DNA from: Octopus sinensis
Lineage: Eukaryota
NCBI RefSeq assembly: GCF_006345805.1
Contig: NC_043003.1
Span: 33,294,001-33,358,000, forward strand
DNA length: 64,000 nt
Direction: 5' to 3'
Made by a program: the position numbers and the translations under genes. The notes under the pieces were generated by a model. It was given only the letters and a program-made list of their open reading frames with translations. It was not told the origin of the DNA and did no database searches. Positions 63,732 through 64,000 of this stretch are shown one piece after another (the stretch's first letter is position 1; each line of letters opens with the position of its first letter).

Positions 63732-63908
63732 TGACGTGAGTGAAAATGGTTCACTGCCTAACATTAATCAGATTCTGGAAACTCAAAGAGAAGACAACTC
63801 GGATACTTCAACTAAAGCAAGGTTTCTTAACAAAATATGGAACTTAAAACAAAGTAATAGTCACGGAAGGCAAGAAAAGAACAAAATTGCTTGGAAGCCC
63901 ATGCGAAG
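63732..63908 (+). CDS. Candidate internal coding exon of an unidentified host gene (phase 2-2, 177 nt)
   Basis: Acceptor TATTTTTACAG (AG at 63730-31) and donor AG|GTATTT (63909). The length is a multiple of 3 and the frame is open, reading DVSENGSLPNINQILETQRED...KIAWKPMR. Non-repetitive. No protein family recognised. Confidence 0.45.
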
Positions 63909-64000
63909 GTATTTTGGACACTGGTATTTAGTAGAAAACGAACCGTATATTTCCTCCGTTCGCGGAGCACAAATTCTTAGCTAGTTGATCCAATATAGTA

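Overview
AT-rich, microsatellite-saturated eukaryotic DNA, very likely from an Octopus genome: the repeated tRNA-derived SINEs match the octopus OR/OK-type families as I remember them, with no database search run. No intact protein-coding gene is visible, and most ORF-track entries are translations of (TA)n, (TACA)n, (CA)n or trinucleotide repeats. The window is mostly nested retroelement debris: Tx1/L1-clade, R4/Dong-like RLE, CR1, RTE/BovB-like, two Penelope-type GIY-YIG fragments, a Tc1 relic, about 25 SINE copies or halves, and palindromic MITE-like elements. There are weak hints of a large + strand host gene: a TATA/Inr and donor near 6.3-6.5 kb, an acceptor at 17.3 kb, and a clean 177-nt exon at 63.7 kb. 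The most interesting signal is self-cleaving-ribozyme motifs in several unrelated small repeats. (i) A 486-bp ORF-less unit carries a type I hammerhead with a long extended stem II, in tandem and inverted copies (21.3-22.25 kb). (ii) A 475-bp unit with ~120-bp terminal direct repeats carries a canonical type I hammerhead (32.9-33.5 kb). Both look like retrozymes (circRNA-forming elements). (iii) A Penelope copy has inverted pseudo-LTRs that join a tRNA-like Pol III head to a minimal hammerhead (30.9-31.8 kb). (iv) An HDV-like fold sits at the start of a probable RTE 5'UTR (54.4 kb). Several decayed or atypical hammerhead cores are also present. All structures were folded by eye, and none has been tested for activity.
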